NCBI GenBank assembly: GCA_052139855.1
Contig: JBKQVS010000178.1
Location: forward strand, 1 to 59,576
Reading direction: 5' to 3'
Length of the DNA stretch: 59,576 bases
Source of the DNA: Desulfobaccales bacterium
GTDB taxonomy: Bacteria > Desulfobacterota > Desulfobaccia > Desulfobaccales > 0-14-0-80-60-11
How positions within the stretch are numbered: position 1 is the first letter of the stretch; each line of letters begins with the position of its first letter. Below the pieces are notes generated by a model, which saw nothing but the letters and a program-made list of their open reading frames with translations, was not told the DNA's origin and ran no database searches. Shown here piece by piece: positions 1 through 8,754 of this stretch. Position numbers and translations under genes: made by a program.

Positions 1-175
1 CATGGGCGTGTTTGGACAGATTCACCGTGCCGTGGATCGCCGCCCGGCAGAATTCCAGGCCGGGGTCCTCCTCCCGCCAATGCTCAAACCATTCTCGGCC
101 CAGGTCCAGGCTCACGTCCTTGCCGGTCTCGGGAATAGTTTTGATGGAGATTTGCAGGGAATTTTTGGTCTTCAT
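1..175 (-). CDS. 5' part of a probable DUF177/YceD family protein (runs off the left edge)
   Basis: Own translation of the minus strand from ATG 175: MKTKNSLQISIKTIPETGKDVSLDLGREWFEHWREEDPGLEFCRAAIHGTVNLSKHAH, resembling the YceD N-terminus; not in the ORF track. Confidence 0.5.
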   Translation of the reverse strand, partial: MKTKNSLQISIKTIPETGKDVSLDLGREWFEHWREEDPGLEFCRAAIHGTVNLSKHAH

Positions 176-317
176 CTCAACATCGCGAGGGGCGGTCGAA
201 ATAAGGCTTGGCCACCAGCCGTAAATATTTTATTCTATAGAACTATATCAGGGTGTCAAGATATTAGCGGAAAAACCTGCCAGCAAAGAAGCAAGACCCG
301 CCACCAAATTATTTAAT

Positions 318-332
318 TGCAATTGATTTTCA
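318..332 (+). promoter_or_regulatory. Fur-box-like site upstream of feoB
   Basis: TGCAATTGATTTTCA differs at 2 positions from the deltaproteobacterial Fur consensus TGAAAATNATTTTCA; about 75 nt before the feoB ATG. Confidence 0.5.
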
Positions 333-405
333 GTAAGTATAAACTTCTTTGGTTCGTTTGAATTACTTGTTGCTAAGGAGACCCCTGATCCAGGACCAAC
401 CACCC

Positions 406-2328
406 ATGAAAATTGCCTTTATCGGCCAGCCCAATTGCGGCAAAAGCACCATTTTTAATTATTTTAGCGGATACAAGGCCGCGGTGTCCAATTTTCCCGG
501 CACCACGGTGAAATATACCGTCAGCCAGGTGGTGTTCGAAGGCGAAAAGATCACCTGCGTAGACCTGCCCGGGGTCTACTCCCTCACTTCCACCGACCAG
601 GCCGAGCTGAATTCCCGCAACTACCTGTTGACCGGGGAGGCCGACGTCATCGTCAACGTCATTGACGCCTCGCTCCTGGGGCGCAGCCTGGAACTCACCC
701 TGGAGCTGATGAGCCTGGAGCGCCCCCTGGTGGTGGCCCTGAACATGATGGACGAAGCCGCCCGCAAGGGTATTGTCATCGACGCCGCAAAGCTCTCAGA
801 ACTCCTGGGGGTGCCGGTGGTGACTTGTGTGGCCGCTGCCGGCCGGGGGTTGACCGAGTTATTGCAGACCGCCATTCAGGCCGGCCACCTCGGGGTGCAG
901 CCCGTCCAGATACTCTTCAGCGCCGACGTGGAACAGGAGATTGCCGAGCTCAGTAATCATCTGGATGAGAACCGGGCCTGTGAATTGGGCCTGCCGCACC
1001 GCTTCATGCTGGTCAAGCTCCTGGAGGACGACCCGTACCTGCTGGAGGAGGCGGGCAGACGCCACCCCGATTGCGTAGCGCTGGTGCGGCACCGCCAGAA
1101 GATTTTGGCGGAAAGCCACGGCCGGCCGCCGGAGACCGTCATCTCCTCCGAGCGCCACGCCCTGAGTGTAAATGTCTTCGAGCAGGTGGCCGTGGTCAGG
1201 CCCGCAGGCAAGCCCGACTGGCGCAAGCGCCTGGACCACATCGCCACCCACAAATTCTGGGGCTACGTGCTGCTGGTGTTGATCCTAAGCCTCTTTTTCC
1301 AGGGGGTCTTCCGGTTTGGCCAATCACTGGAGAATTATCTTACCTCCTACCTGGACCTGGCGGAAAAGGCGGGGCAGGCCTGGCTGGGAAGCCAGACCCT
1401 GACCTACACCCTCACCGACGGCCTGCTCATGGGCATCTTCGGCGGGGTGGCCATCGTCCTACCCTACCTGGTGCCGTTTCTCATCGGCCTGGCCATCCTG
1501 GAGGACAGCGGCTATCTGCCCCGGGTGGCCTTTTTGATGGACAATCTGATGCACCACCTGGGCCTGCACGGCAAATCAATCATCCCCTTCATCCTGGGCT
1601 ACGGCTGCAGCGTGCCCGCGGTGATGGCCACCCGCATCCTGGAGAGCCCCCGGGACCGGCTGGTGGTCTCCTTTCTGGCGGTGCTGGTGCCGTGCTCGGC
1701 CCGCTCGGTGATCATTTTCGCATTGGTGGCCTACGCCCTGGGACCTTACTGGGCTTTGGGGGTCTATTTCTTCAATCTGCTGGTCATCGCCCTGTTGGGC
1801 AAGGTCTCCACCTGGATCCTGCCCGAAGTCTCCCCGGGGCTGCTCATGGAGATCCCCGAGTACCGCTTCCCGACCTTGAAGAATGTGTCCCGCAAATCCT
1901 GGCACACCCTCAAGGAATTCATCGTGGTGGCCTGGCCCATCCTCATCGTGGGCAGCCTGGTCCTGAGCCTTCTTCAGTTCTATCATCTGGAGGTGTACGT
2001 CAACGATCTGTGCCGCCCCTTCACCGCGGTCCTGGGCCTGCCCGCGGCGCTGGGCACCACCCTGATCTTCGGGATCATGCGCAAAGAGCTGTCCCTGATC
2101 ATGCTAACCGAGGCCCTGGGCACCACCCAGATCACCACGGCGCTCACCCTGGCCCAACTTCTCACCTTCACCATCTTTGTGCTGTTCTATGTGCCCTGCG
2201 CCTCCACCATCGCCGCCATGAGCCGGGAACTGGGCTGGAAGGGCGCGGCCGCGGCCGCGGGCCTCTCCCTGGTCCTGGCCCTCATCCTGGGCCTCCTGAC
2301 CCGGGGCTTCGGCGCCCTGGTGTTCTGA
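406..2328 (+). CDS. feoB: Ferrous iron transporter B
   Basis: G1 GQPNCGKST, NFPGTTV, DLPG, NMMD, followed by gate/TM domains (GYGCSVPA, PCSAR, YVPC); ATG 406 preferred over the TTG at 349. Confidence 0.95.
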   Translation: MKIAFIGQPNCGKSTIFNYFSGYKAAVSNFPGTTVKYTVSQVVFEGEKITCVDLPGVYSLTSTDQAELNSRNYLLTGEADVIVNVIDASLLGRSLELTLELMSLERPLVVALNMMDEAARKGIVIDAAKLSELLGVPVVTCVAAAGRGLTELLQTAIQAGHLGVQPVQILFSADVEQEIAELSNHLDENRACELGLPHRFMLVKLLEDDPYLLEEAGRRHPDCVALVRHRQKILAESHGRPPETVISSERHALSVNVFEQVAVVRPAGKPDWRKRLDHIATHKFWGYVLLVLILSLFFQGVFRFGQSLENYLTSYLDLAEKAGQAWLGSQTLTYTLTDGLLMGIFGGVAIVLPYLVPFLIGLAILEDSGYLPRVAFLMDNLMHHLGLHGKSIIPFILGYGCSVPAVMATRILESPRDRLVVSFLAVLVPCSARSVIIFALVAYALGPYWALGVYFFNLLVIALLGKVSTWILPEVSPGLLMEIPEYRFPTLKNVSRKSWHTLKEFIVVAWPILIVGSLVLSLLQFYHLEVYVNDLCRPFTAVLGLPAALGTTLIFGIMRKELSLIMLTEALGTTQITTALTLAQLLTFTIFVLFYVPCASTIAAMSRELGWKGAAAAAGLSLVLALILGLLTRGFGALVF

Positions 2329-2339
2329 GAGATAATAGT

Positions 2340-2479
2340 TGAGGGGAGGACCGGGGGATTTTTCATAAGCCAATTCCCCCGCCCTCCCCTCAAACTCCCC
2401 TCCCAACCCCCTGTAAGGGATTGGGAGTGGGGGCTTGGGGGAGTGGGTAAGGGCCTCGGCCTCTATCCCCTTCCCCCAG
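2340..2479. repeat. Stack of three REP-like palindromes
   Basis: TGAGGGGAGG..CCTCCCCTCA (2340-2392, second copy 7491-7548); CTCCCCTCCCAA..TTGGGAGTGGGG (about 2395-2432); CTTGGGGGAG..TTCCCCCAG (2434-2479, similar copy from 59546). Confidence 0.7.
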
Positions 2480-2502
2480 CAAAATTGTTGACGAGGCTCC
2501 CT

Positions 2503-3594
2503 TTGTCGGACCGCTGGGCTCCCTTGCAGCATTTGTTAAGCGCTGGCGTCGGCCAGAGCGTCTTCACCGCGGCGGTGGCCCTGGTGGGGCTTAAAGGGGA
2601 ACTGCGGTGGGAGGGCGCGGCGGGCGTCTTGTCCCGGAACCCGGGCGCGGCGGCCGTAACCCTGGACACGGTCTTCGATCTGGCCTCCTTGACGAAACCC
2701 CTGGCCACGGCCCTGGCCCTGATGGTCCTGGCGGACCGGGGCAAGCTTAGGCTGACTACGCCCTTGGGAGAGGTTCTGCCGTCCGCATGGCTGCCGCCGG
2801 AGAAGCGTCCCCTGACCCTCACCAGTCTCCTCACCCACCGGGCCGGGCTGCCGGCCTGGCGGCCTTTCTACCAGGAGGTGATGGCGGCCCCGGCCCCCCC
2901 TACCCTGCTGGAACGCCTGGCCGCAACCACTCCCCTGGAAAACGCTCCGGACACGGCAACTCTTTACAGCGACCTGGGCTTCATGCTGCTCAAAGCAGTG
3001 GTGGAGCGGCTTAGCGACGAGAATCTGGATCGGTTCTGCCGGGAGTCGATCTACCGGCCCCTGGGGCTGACCACCCTGGGTTTCAACCCCCTGGGGCAGC
3101 CGGGGGGAAACCGTCTCTCGTTCGCCGCCACCGAGCCGGGTCTTATCCCGGGACGTGTTGGTGCGGGTGAAGTTCACGACGAAAACGCCTGGGCCGCGGG
3201 CGGGGTGGCGGGCCATGCCGGTCTCTTCGGCCCCGGCCGCGAGGTCTTTCGTCTGGTGGCTTGCCTCTGGCAGGCTCATGGTGGAGAAAGAATCGGGCCG
3301 CTCACCCCAGAGGCAGTCAAGCGCTGGTTGACGATTCCTCCCGGGGCGGACCGGGCCCTGGGGTTTGACACCCCCGGCCCGGACCCGGCCCAACGGGCCG
3401 CGGGGCGTTATTTTTCTCCCCGGAGTGTCGGGCACCTGGGATTCACCGGCACCTCTTTTTGGCTGGACCTGGACTCCGGTCAGATGGTAGTCTTACTGAC
3501 GAACCGGGTGCATCTGGGCCGGGACGACAAGGCGAAAATTCAGGCCTTCCGGCCGCGGTTTCACGAGGCGGCCTCCCGGGCTTTGGGTTATTAA
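2503..3594 (+). CDS. Serine hydrolase, beta-lactamase/AmiE-like fold
   Basis: SxxK (ASLTKP), LLTHRAGL, YSDLGF, VHDENA, HLGFTGT; start uncertain (TTG 2503 with GAGG upstream; ORF open from 2443). Confidence 0.85.
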   Translation: MSDRWAPLQHLLSAGVGQSVFTAAVALVGLKGELRWEGAAGVLSRNPGAAAVTLDTVFDLASLTKPLATALALMVLADRGKLRLTTPLGEVLPSAWLPPEKRPLTLTSLLTHRAGLPAWRPFYQEVMAAPAPPTLLERLAATTPLENAPDTATLYSDLGFMLLKAVVERLSDENLDRFCRESIYRPLGLTTLGFNPLGQPGGNRLSFAATEPGLIPGRVGAGEVHDENAWAAGGVAGHAGLFGPGREVFRLVACLWQAHGGERIGPLTPEAVKRWLTIPPGADRALGFDTPGPDPAQRAAGRYFSPRSVGHLGFTGTSFWLDLDSGQMVVLLTNRVHLGRDDKAKIQAFRPRFHEAASRALGY

Positions 3595-3628
3595 TCGGGT
3601 AATCCGGCAGACAAACTAAACCAGCATC

Positions 3629-3657
3629 GTATGGGCGGGTTTCAAACCCGCCCATAC
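3629..3657. repeat. GTAG-type REP palindrome
   Basis: GTATGGGCGGGTTT-C-AAACCCGCCCATAC, perfect 14-bp arms; degenerate relative at 31892-31916. Confidence 0.75.
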
Positions 3658-3662
3658 CACAA

Positions 3663-5114
3663 TTGACTGAAATGATGCGCGACAAACTCTCCAGCAATAC
3701 GTTACACATCCACCTCCTGGGCATTTGCGGCACCGGCATGGCGGCCCTGGCCGGCATCCTGAAGGAGCAGGGCCATCGGGTGACCGGCTCCGACGAGCAC
3801 GTCTATCCGCCCATGAGCACCTTGCTTGAGGGGTTAGGAATCCCCATTCAAAACGGTTATCGCCCGGAGAACCTGACGCCGGTGCCCGACCTGGTGGTGG
3901 TGGGAAACGTCATCCGCCGGGACAACCCTGAGGCCCAGGCGGTTTTGTCCCGGAACCTGCCCCGCCTCTCCCTGCCCGAGGCCTTGAACCGCTTTCTGGT
4001 GGGCGACCGGCAAAGCCTGGTGGTGGCCGGCACTCACGGCAAGACCACCACCACGGCGCTCATCAGTTGGCTCCTCTTTGCCCTGGGGCTGGACCCCGGG
4101 TTCATGGTGGGGGGCATCGCCAAAAATTTCGAGACCAATTACCGGGTGGGCGGCGGCCGCTACGTGGCCATGGAAGGGGATGAGTACGACACCGCGTTTT
4201 TCGACAAGCGCCCCAAGTTCGTCCACTTTAACCCCCGGGCGGCGGTGCTCACCTCCATTGAGTTCGACCACGCCGACATCTACCCGGACCTGGACGTCAT
4301 CATCCAGGCCTTCGAAACCTTCCTGGGCACCATCGCTTCCGGCGGCCGGGTCCTGGCCTGGGGGGACGCCCCCCTGGTGCGGGAGGTCTGCGGGCGGAGC
4401 CGCGCCGCGGTTTCTTTTTACGGCGTGGGCGGTGACGTGGCCTGGCAGGCGGCGGCCATCAGCCCGGTCTCCGGCGGCATGAACTTCACCGTCCTGAAGG
4501 AGGGCGCCCGGTGGGCGGATTTTTTTCTGCCCATGGTGGGGGAACACAACGTTTTGAACGCCCTAGCGGCGTTGGCGGTGCTGGCCGAAGTGGGGGCCGA
4601 GGCCCCGGCCTTACAAAAAGCCCTGCCCGGATTTAAAGGGGTCAAAAAACGCCAGGAAGTGGCCGGGGAATTTCAGGGGGTGCTGGTGGTGGAAGACTTT
4701 GCCCATCATCCCACCGCGGTGGCGGTGACATTGGCCGCGGTGCGCCGGGCCTATCCAACGCGGCGCCTGGTGGCGGCGTTTGAGCCCCGCACCAACACCT
4801 CCCGGCGCAAAATTTTTCAAAAGCCTTACGCCGAGGCGTTTCATGACGCTGACGTGATATTGGTGCGGGAACCCCCGGACCTGTGGAAAGTGGAGCCCGA
4901 GGAACAGTTTTCCTCCCGGGAACTGGTGTCCGACCTGACGGCCGCAGGCAAGGAAGCCCTCTATTTCCCCGATACCGAGGCGCTGCTTACGGGCCTACTC
5001 AACACCTTGCGCCCGGGCGACGTGGTTTTGGTGATGTCCAACGGGGACTTCGATCACCTGGTGCCCTGCCTCTGCGAAGCCTTGGGGGGGAAGAGCCGAC
5101 AAGCAACGGGGTAG
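3663..5114 (+). CDS. mpl: Murein peptide ligase (UDP-MurNAc:L-Ala-gamma-D-Glu-mDAP ligase)
   Basis: GICGTGMAALA, AGTHGKTTT, EGDEYDTAFFDKRPKF, EFDHADIY, DFAHHPTA, FEPRTNT, MSNGDF. Confidence 0.92.
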   Translation: MTEMMRDKLSSNTLHIHLLGICGTGMAALAGILKEQGHRVTGSDEHVYPPMSTLLEGLGIPIQNGYRPENLTPVPDLVVVGNVIRRDNPEAQAVLSRNLPRLSLPEALNRFLVGDRQSLVVAGTHGKTTTTALISWLLFALGLDPGFMVGGIAKNFETNYRVGGGRYVAMEGDEYDTAFFDKRPKFVHFNPRAAVLTSIEFDHADIYPDLDVIIQAFETFLGTIASGGRVLAWGDAPLVREVCGRSRAAVSFYGVGGDVAWQAAAISPVSGGMNFTVLKEGARWADFFLPMVGEHNVLNALAALAVLAEVGAEAPALQKALPGFKGVKKRQEVAGEFQGVLVVEDFAHHPTAVAVTLAAVRRAYPTRRLVAAFEPRTNTSRRKIFQKPYAEAFHDADVILVREPPDLWKVEPEEQFSSRELVSDLTAAGKEALYFPDTEALLTGLLNTLRPGDVVLVMSNGDFDHLVPCLCEALGGKSRQATG

Positions 5115-5358
5115 GGTTAATCGCCCTGCCCCGGGATTCAAGATCCTCGCCTGAGCGCGGAGAGCCCCGCTCTCATCCCGAAGCCCGTGCCAGTGAAAAA
5201 TCGCCCCGGGCCTAGTGGCGCCTGCCATCCATCGTGATTAGATTAATATAATAAATGAGACAAATCTGATCTCTGCCTGGGCAAAGCGGTTGATTGCCGG
5301 GAAACAATCTCATAGAAAGAGTAGACCTGTATCCAGGTTTGCGGGGAAGGAATAAACG

Positions 5359-5574
5359 ATGCTCACTGAGTCTGGCCAAAATATTGAAGAGGGCCCGGAA
5401 TCTGCCGAGGCCGTGAAGTTAATCACCGCGATCTTCCCACATCCCATCCACGGCAGGCTGGTAGAACGCCTGCTGCTGATGGTAACCCGTAATATCTCCC
5501 TGGAGGGGGTGCGTTACGGCTTGAGCTGGCGGGACGGCAGCCTGGCCTTCTACCGGCCGATCACGGCCCATTAA
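5359..5574 (+). CDS. Small hypothetical protein (71 aa)
   Basis: AAGGA SD 7 nt before ATG, possible TTGATT-N17-TAGAAA promoter upstream, intrinsic terminator downstream. Confidence 0.6.
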   Translation: MLTESGQNIEEGPESAEAVKLITAIFPHPIHGRLVERLLLMVTRNISLEGVRYGLSWRDGSLAFYRPITAH

Positions 5575-5592
5575 CCGCAGGGGCAATCCGAG

Positions 5593-5626
5593 GGGAGGGG
5601 GCGGCAAGCCGCACCCCTCCCTTTTT
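5593..5626 (+). terminator. Intrinsic terminator
   Basis: GGGAGGGG-GCGGC-AA-GCCGC-A-CCCCTCCC then TTTTT, between convergent genes. Confidence 0.75.
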
Positions 5627-5653
5627 CATTTGGGCCGCCTTAAACCGATTGCA

Positions 5654-6637
5654 TCACACCAGCCAGGGTTTAAACCGGTCTTTGGCCGGGGTAATGAGGT
5701 GGAACACCCGGTCAGGGCCGTCATGGCTGGCGATTACCGTCACCGGCGCGCCCTGAGGCGCATCACTGTAGGCCGCCGCCAACTCCGCCGCCATCTCCAG
5801 GTCGTCCCCGGCTGCAGCCCCGCACCCCAGGACCAGCGGGCCGGGGTAGTGATCTACCTGGAGCAGGAAATTCCCTGGAGCTCTCAGGGCCTCAATGGCC
5901 TCATTGTCCCGCTGGGTCCGGCCCACCACGGCCTTGGTCTTGCCGGGCAGGCGGAAGTGCCGGCCGTACTTGAGCAGTTCCAGGTCCTGCCGGGAGGCCT
6001 CCTGCACGTGCCGCAGCAGCTCCTTGAGCCGGGCCGCGTACCCCGGATCGGTCAGGAGACACCCCCCCGCCGGGGCGGGATACCGGGTGATGCCGTAAGC
6101 CTCGGCCAGGGCCATCTGGCGTTTGCGCCCCCGGCCGCTGAGGTTCAACAGCCGTTCTCGGTCCACCCAGCCCCGGACCTCCGGGATCGTCGACTTGAAG
6201 GATTTAGCGCTCAACGGCCGGAGAAGCAGGTCGGCGAACCCCGATTCCCGGGCGATGAGGTTCAAGGACCCCCGGTTCTGGCTCATGGGCCGCTGTCCCA
6301 GGACTTCCCCGGTGAAGAGAAAATCAAACCCCGCGGCCCGCATCAGGGCCCCGGCTTCCCGGAGCATCAGGATATGGCAGTCGATGCAGGGATTGTGGCC
6401 CCGGCCCCAGCCGTGGGGCGGAGCATAAATGAGGGGCAGATATTTGTCGGTGAAGTCCACCTCCCGGAGAGGCAGGCCCAGGTGGGCGGCCGATTCCCGG
6501 GCCCGGGCCGCCCCGAAAAACGGCGTCACGAAACAGACCAGGCTGACGTCGATGCCCTGGGCGCGCAGCGTGGCTGCGGCCAGCATGCTGTCCAGCCCTC
6601 CGGAAAAGAGCCCCAGGGCCCGAATGGTCTTGGTCAT
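5654..6637 (-). CDS. ThiI/MnmA-like PP-loop tRNA thiouridylase with C-terminal NFACT-R (DUF814)-like domain
   Basis: SGGLDS PP-loop, CIDCH, TGEVLGQRPMSQ, PAGGCLLTD, GRHFRL..VVGRTQRDN. Confidence 0.8.
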   Translation of the reverse strand: MTKTIRALGLFSGGLDSMLAAATLRAQGIDVSLVCFVTPFFGAARARESAAHLGLPLREVDFTDKYLPLIYAPPHGWGRGHNPCIDCHILMLREAGALMRAAGFDFLFTGEVLGQRPMSQNRGSLNLIARESGFADLLLRPLSAKSFKSTIPEVRGWVDRERLLNLSGRGRKRQMALAEAYGITRYPAPAGGCLLTDPGYAARLKELLRHVQEASRQDLELLKYGRHFRLPGKTKAVVGRTQRDNEAIEALRAPGNFLLQVDHYPGPLVLGCGAAAGDDLEMAAELAAAYSDAPQGAPVTVIASHDGPDRVFHLITPAKDRFKPWLV

Positions 6638-6719
6638 GGTCAGTTATGGCAAGGTGCGTTTTAGGCACCAAGAACGGCGCGTGAGACGCGCCCCAGGAAT
6701 TTTAGAGAGCTACTAGTGA

Positions 6720-7589
6720 TCAGGCGGTGCTGTCTATGCAGAGCTCCCCAAACCCCAGACCCTTGATGAAGGCCGAAAAGGAGCGGCGCACCATTGGGGC
6801 CAGGAAGGCCGGCCATTCTTCCGGCGCCAGTTCCAGGCGGACCCGGTCCCCCTGCACCCGAAGGCGCACCCGGGAAAAGCCCCGGCGCCTGAGCCAGGCC
6901 TCGCCCCGGCCCACCCGGGCCAGGTCCTCCCTGGTTAGTTCGGTGTCATAGGGGAAGCGGGTGGCCAGACAACTCTGGGCGGGCCGCGCAGCATCGAGGC
7001 CCAGGCCCCGGCTCAGGGTGCGGATGGCCGCCTTCCCCAGGCCTGCGGCCAGGAGGGGGCTTGCGACACCCAGTTCCCGGAGGGCCCGGTGCCCAGGACG
7101 GAAATCGGCCAGGTCGTCCAGGTTGGTGCCGTCCCACAAAACCGGGAGCCCCCGGGCGGCGGCAATCTCCCAGGCCCGGGTAATGATGGCCCGCTTGCAG
7201 GCATAGCACCGCTGCCGGCGGTTGTGCCGGAATTCCGGGAGGCTGAGGGGATCAATTTCCCGCACCACGTGGTGGACGCGGAAGCGCCGAGCCAGGGCCC
7301 AGGCCGCGGCCAACTCTCCCGGCACGGTGTGGGGTCCGGTAAAGGTGATGGCGGTCAACCCCGGTCCCAGGGTGTGCGCCGCGGCGGCCAACAGGAGACT
7401 GGAATCCAGCCCGCCGGAGAACAGCAGGGCCGCCAGCCGGTGGCGCCGGAGGTATTCCTCTAAGAGATTGATGACCTCATCTCCATGATATGAGGGGAGG
7501 ACCGGGGTTTTTCGTAAATTCGTAAAGGGGTCCCCCGCCCTCACCTCAGCTATCGTGGCCCGCGGTGCTGATCCAGGAAGTTTCGCCAT
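6720..7589 (-). CDS. larE: LarE-family ATP-dependent sulfur transferase (CxxC...C type)
   Basis: FSGGLDS, RCYACK, DGTNLDD..FRPG, SCLATRFPY, VRLR; true start uncertain (see findings). Confidence 0.85.
   Translation of the reverse strand: MAKLPGSAPRATIAEVRAGDPFTNLRKTPVLPSYHGDEVINLLEEYLRRHRLAALLFSGGLDSSLLLAAAAHTLGPGLTAITFTGPHTVPGELAAAWALARRFRVHHVVREIDPLSLPEFRHNRRQRCYACKRAIITRAWEIAAARGLPVLWDGTNLDDLADFRPGHRALRELGVASPLLAAGLGKAAIRTLSRGLGLDAARPAQSCLATRFPYDTELTREDLARVGRGEAWLRRRGFSRVRLRVQGDRVRLELAPEEWPAFLAPMVRRSFSAFIKGLGFGELCIDSTA
7491..7548. repeat. REP-like palindrome, copy of 2340-2392
   Basis: TGAGGGGAGGACCGGGG...CCCCCGCCCTCACCTCA. Confidence 0.7.
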
Positions 7590-8754
7590 TCAGGGGCAGC
7601 GGCTCCACCGGTTCCCCCAGGAGAAACCGGCCGGATTCGATCCACTGTTTCAGGTGCTGGGCGATCTCCCGAGCCCGCACCATGCTGGACAGGGGCACCG
7701 TGGGCACCTCTTTGCCGTCCAGGGAGAGGGTGCCGCTCTTTAGTTGGGCGTAGCTCACCTGCCCCAAGGTCTTACCGGTGCCGGCGGGATAATCGCCGCC
7801 GTAATCGACGATGGGAGCCAGGAGTTCGGCATCACTGATCCCGCAAAAGTGGGCTATTTCCTCATTCAACAGGGGGATGGGGATCCCCAAGCCCACCGCC
7901 AGGGAGCAGCCGTAGCCCAAAAAGCTCACCCCCACCAGATAGCGGGGGTCCATGTGCTTCATGTCCCCCACCACCATCAGGGTCCCGGCCGGTCCCAACG
8001 GTATCCCGTTTTCGGCCCGAGGTTTCTTGGGGTTGTGTTGGGTGCCGGGGAAGACCACGTAGCCCACCCCGCCTCCCAGGAAGATACGGGTGCCGATGCC
8101 GATGGTGCGGTAGTAGGGGTCATTGAACAGGGGGCTCAGTTCTCCCGCGGTGCAGAAATTGGCGTTGCCGGCCCGGGGCCGGAGCGGCCCCATATACGTG
8201 TAGATGGTCCGATTCGACAGGTTGACCGCCACGTTGTAATTCTGATAGCAGTTTCGGGGGTTGCACAGGATGGCATTCACCATCTGCTTCAGGGTGATTT
8301 CCCGCTCCAGGCGCTTGTTGGGGTAACAGTCGGTGCCGTAGGCCTCGGCCAACAGGTGAACCGCCTTGCCGGCCACCAAGTCCTGGATGACGTGGCCGCC
8401 ACCGTATTTGAACTCCCCCGGGTACACTTTGTTCAGAGGATCTTCCTCGCAGGGTTCGGTGGCGCCGACATAGACATCCACCGCCGCCAGGCCGGCATAA
8501 GCCGGCACATGATTGAGCCACACCCTGGACGCCTTGATGGGGGGCTTGGCATGGCCGAAATTAATGAAGGCCCCCGAAGAGCACATGGGCGAAAAGGTGC
8601 CGGTGGTTACCACGTCCACGGTCCGGGCTGCGGCCACCTCGCCTTTGCGGCGCACGATGTCGATAATCTCTTCGGCGGTGACCACCACCGCTTGGCCCTT
8701 CTTAATTTTCTCATTAATTTCCTGGTAGGTTTTGTTCACCTGATAGTTGGCCAT
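7546..8754 (-). CDS. DUF39 (COG1900) homocysteine biosynthesis protein, aspartate-semialdehyde sulfurtransferase type
   Basis: EINEKIKKGQAVVVTAEE, VDVVTTGTFSPMCSSG, CNPRNCYQNYNVAVN, TIYTYMG, GELSPL.NDPY. Confidence 0.88.
   Translation of the reverse strand: MANYQVNKTYQEINEKIKKGQAVVVTAEEIIDIVRRKGEVAAARTVDVVTTGTFSPMCSSGAFINFGHAKPPIKASRVWLNHVPAYAGLAAVDVYVGATEPCEEDPLNKVYPGEFKYGGGHVIQDLVAGKAVHLLAEAYGTDCYPNKRLEREITLKQMVNAILCNPRNCYQNYNVAVNLSNRTIYTYMGPLRPRAGNANFCTAGELSPLFNDPYYRTIGIGTRIFLGGGVGYVVFPGTQHNPKKPRAENGIPLGPAGTLMVVGDMKHMDPRYLVGVSFLGYGCSLAVGLGIPIPLLNEEIAHFCGISDAELLAPIVDYGGDYPAGTGKTLGQVSYAQLKSGTLSLDGKEVPTVPLSSMVRAREIAQHLKQWIESGRFLLGEPVEPLPLNGETSWISTAGHDS

Noticed and set aside
5130-5200. Glycine riboswitch (GGAGAG ... 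CCGAAG)
   Set aside because: No intervening P2 hairpin, no CUCUCAGG, and no glycine gene downstream
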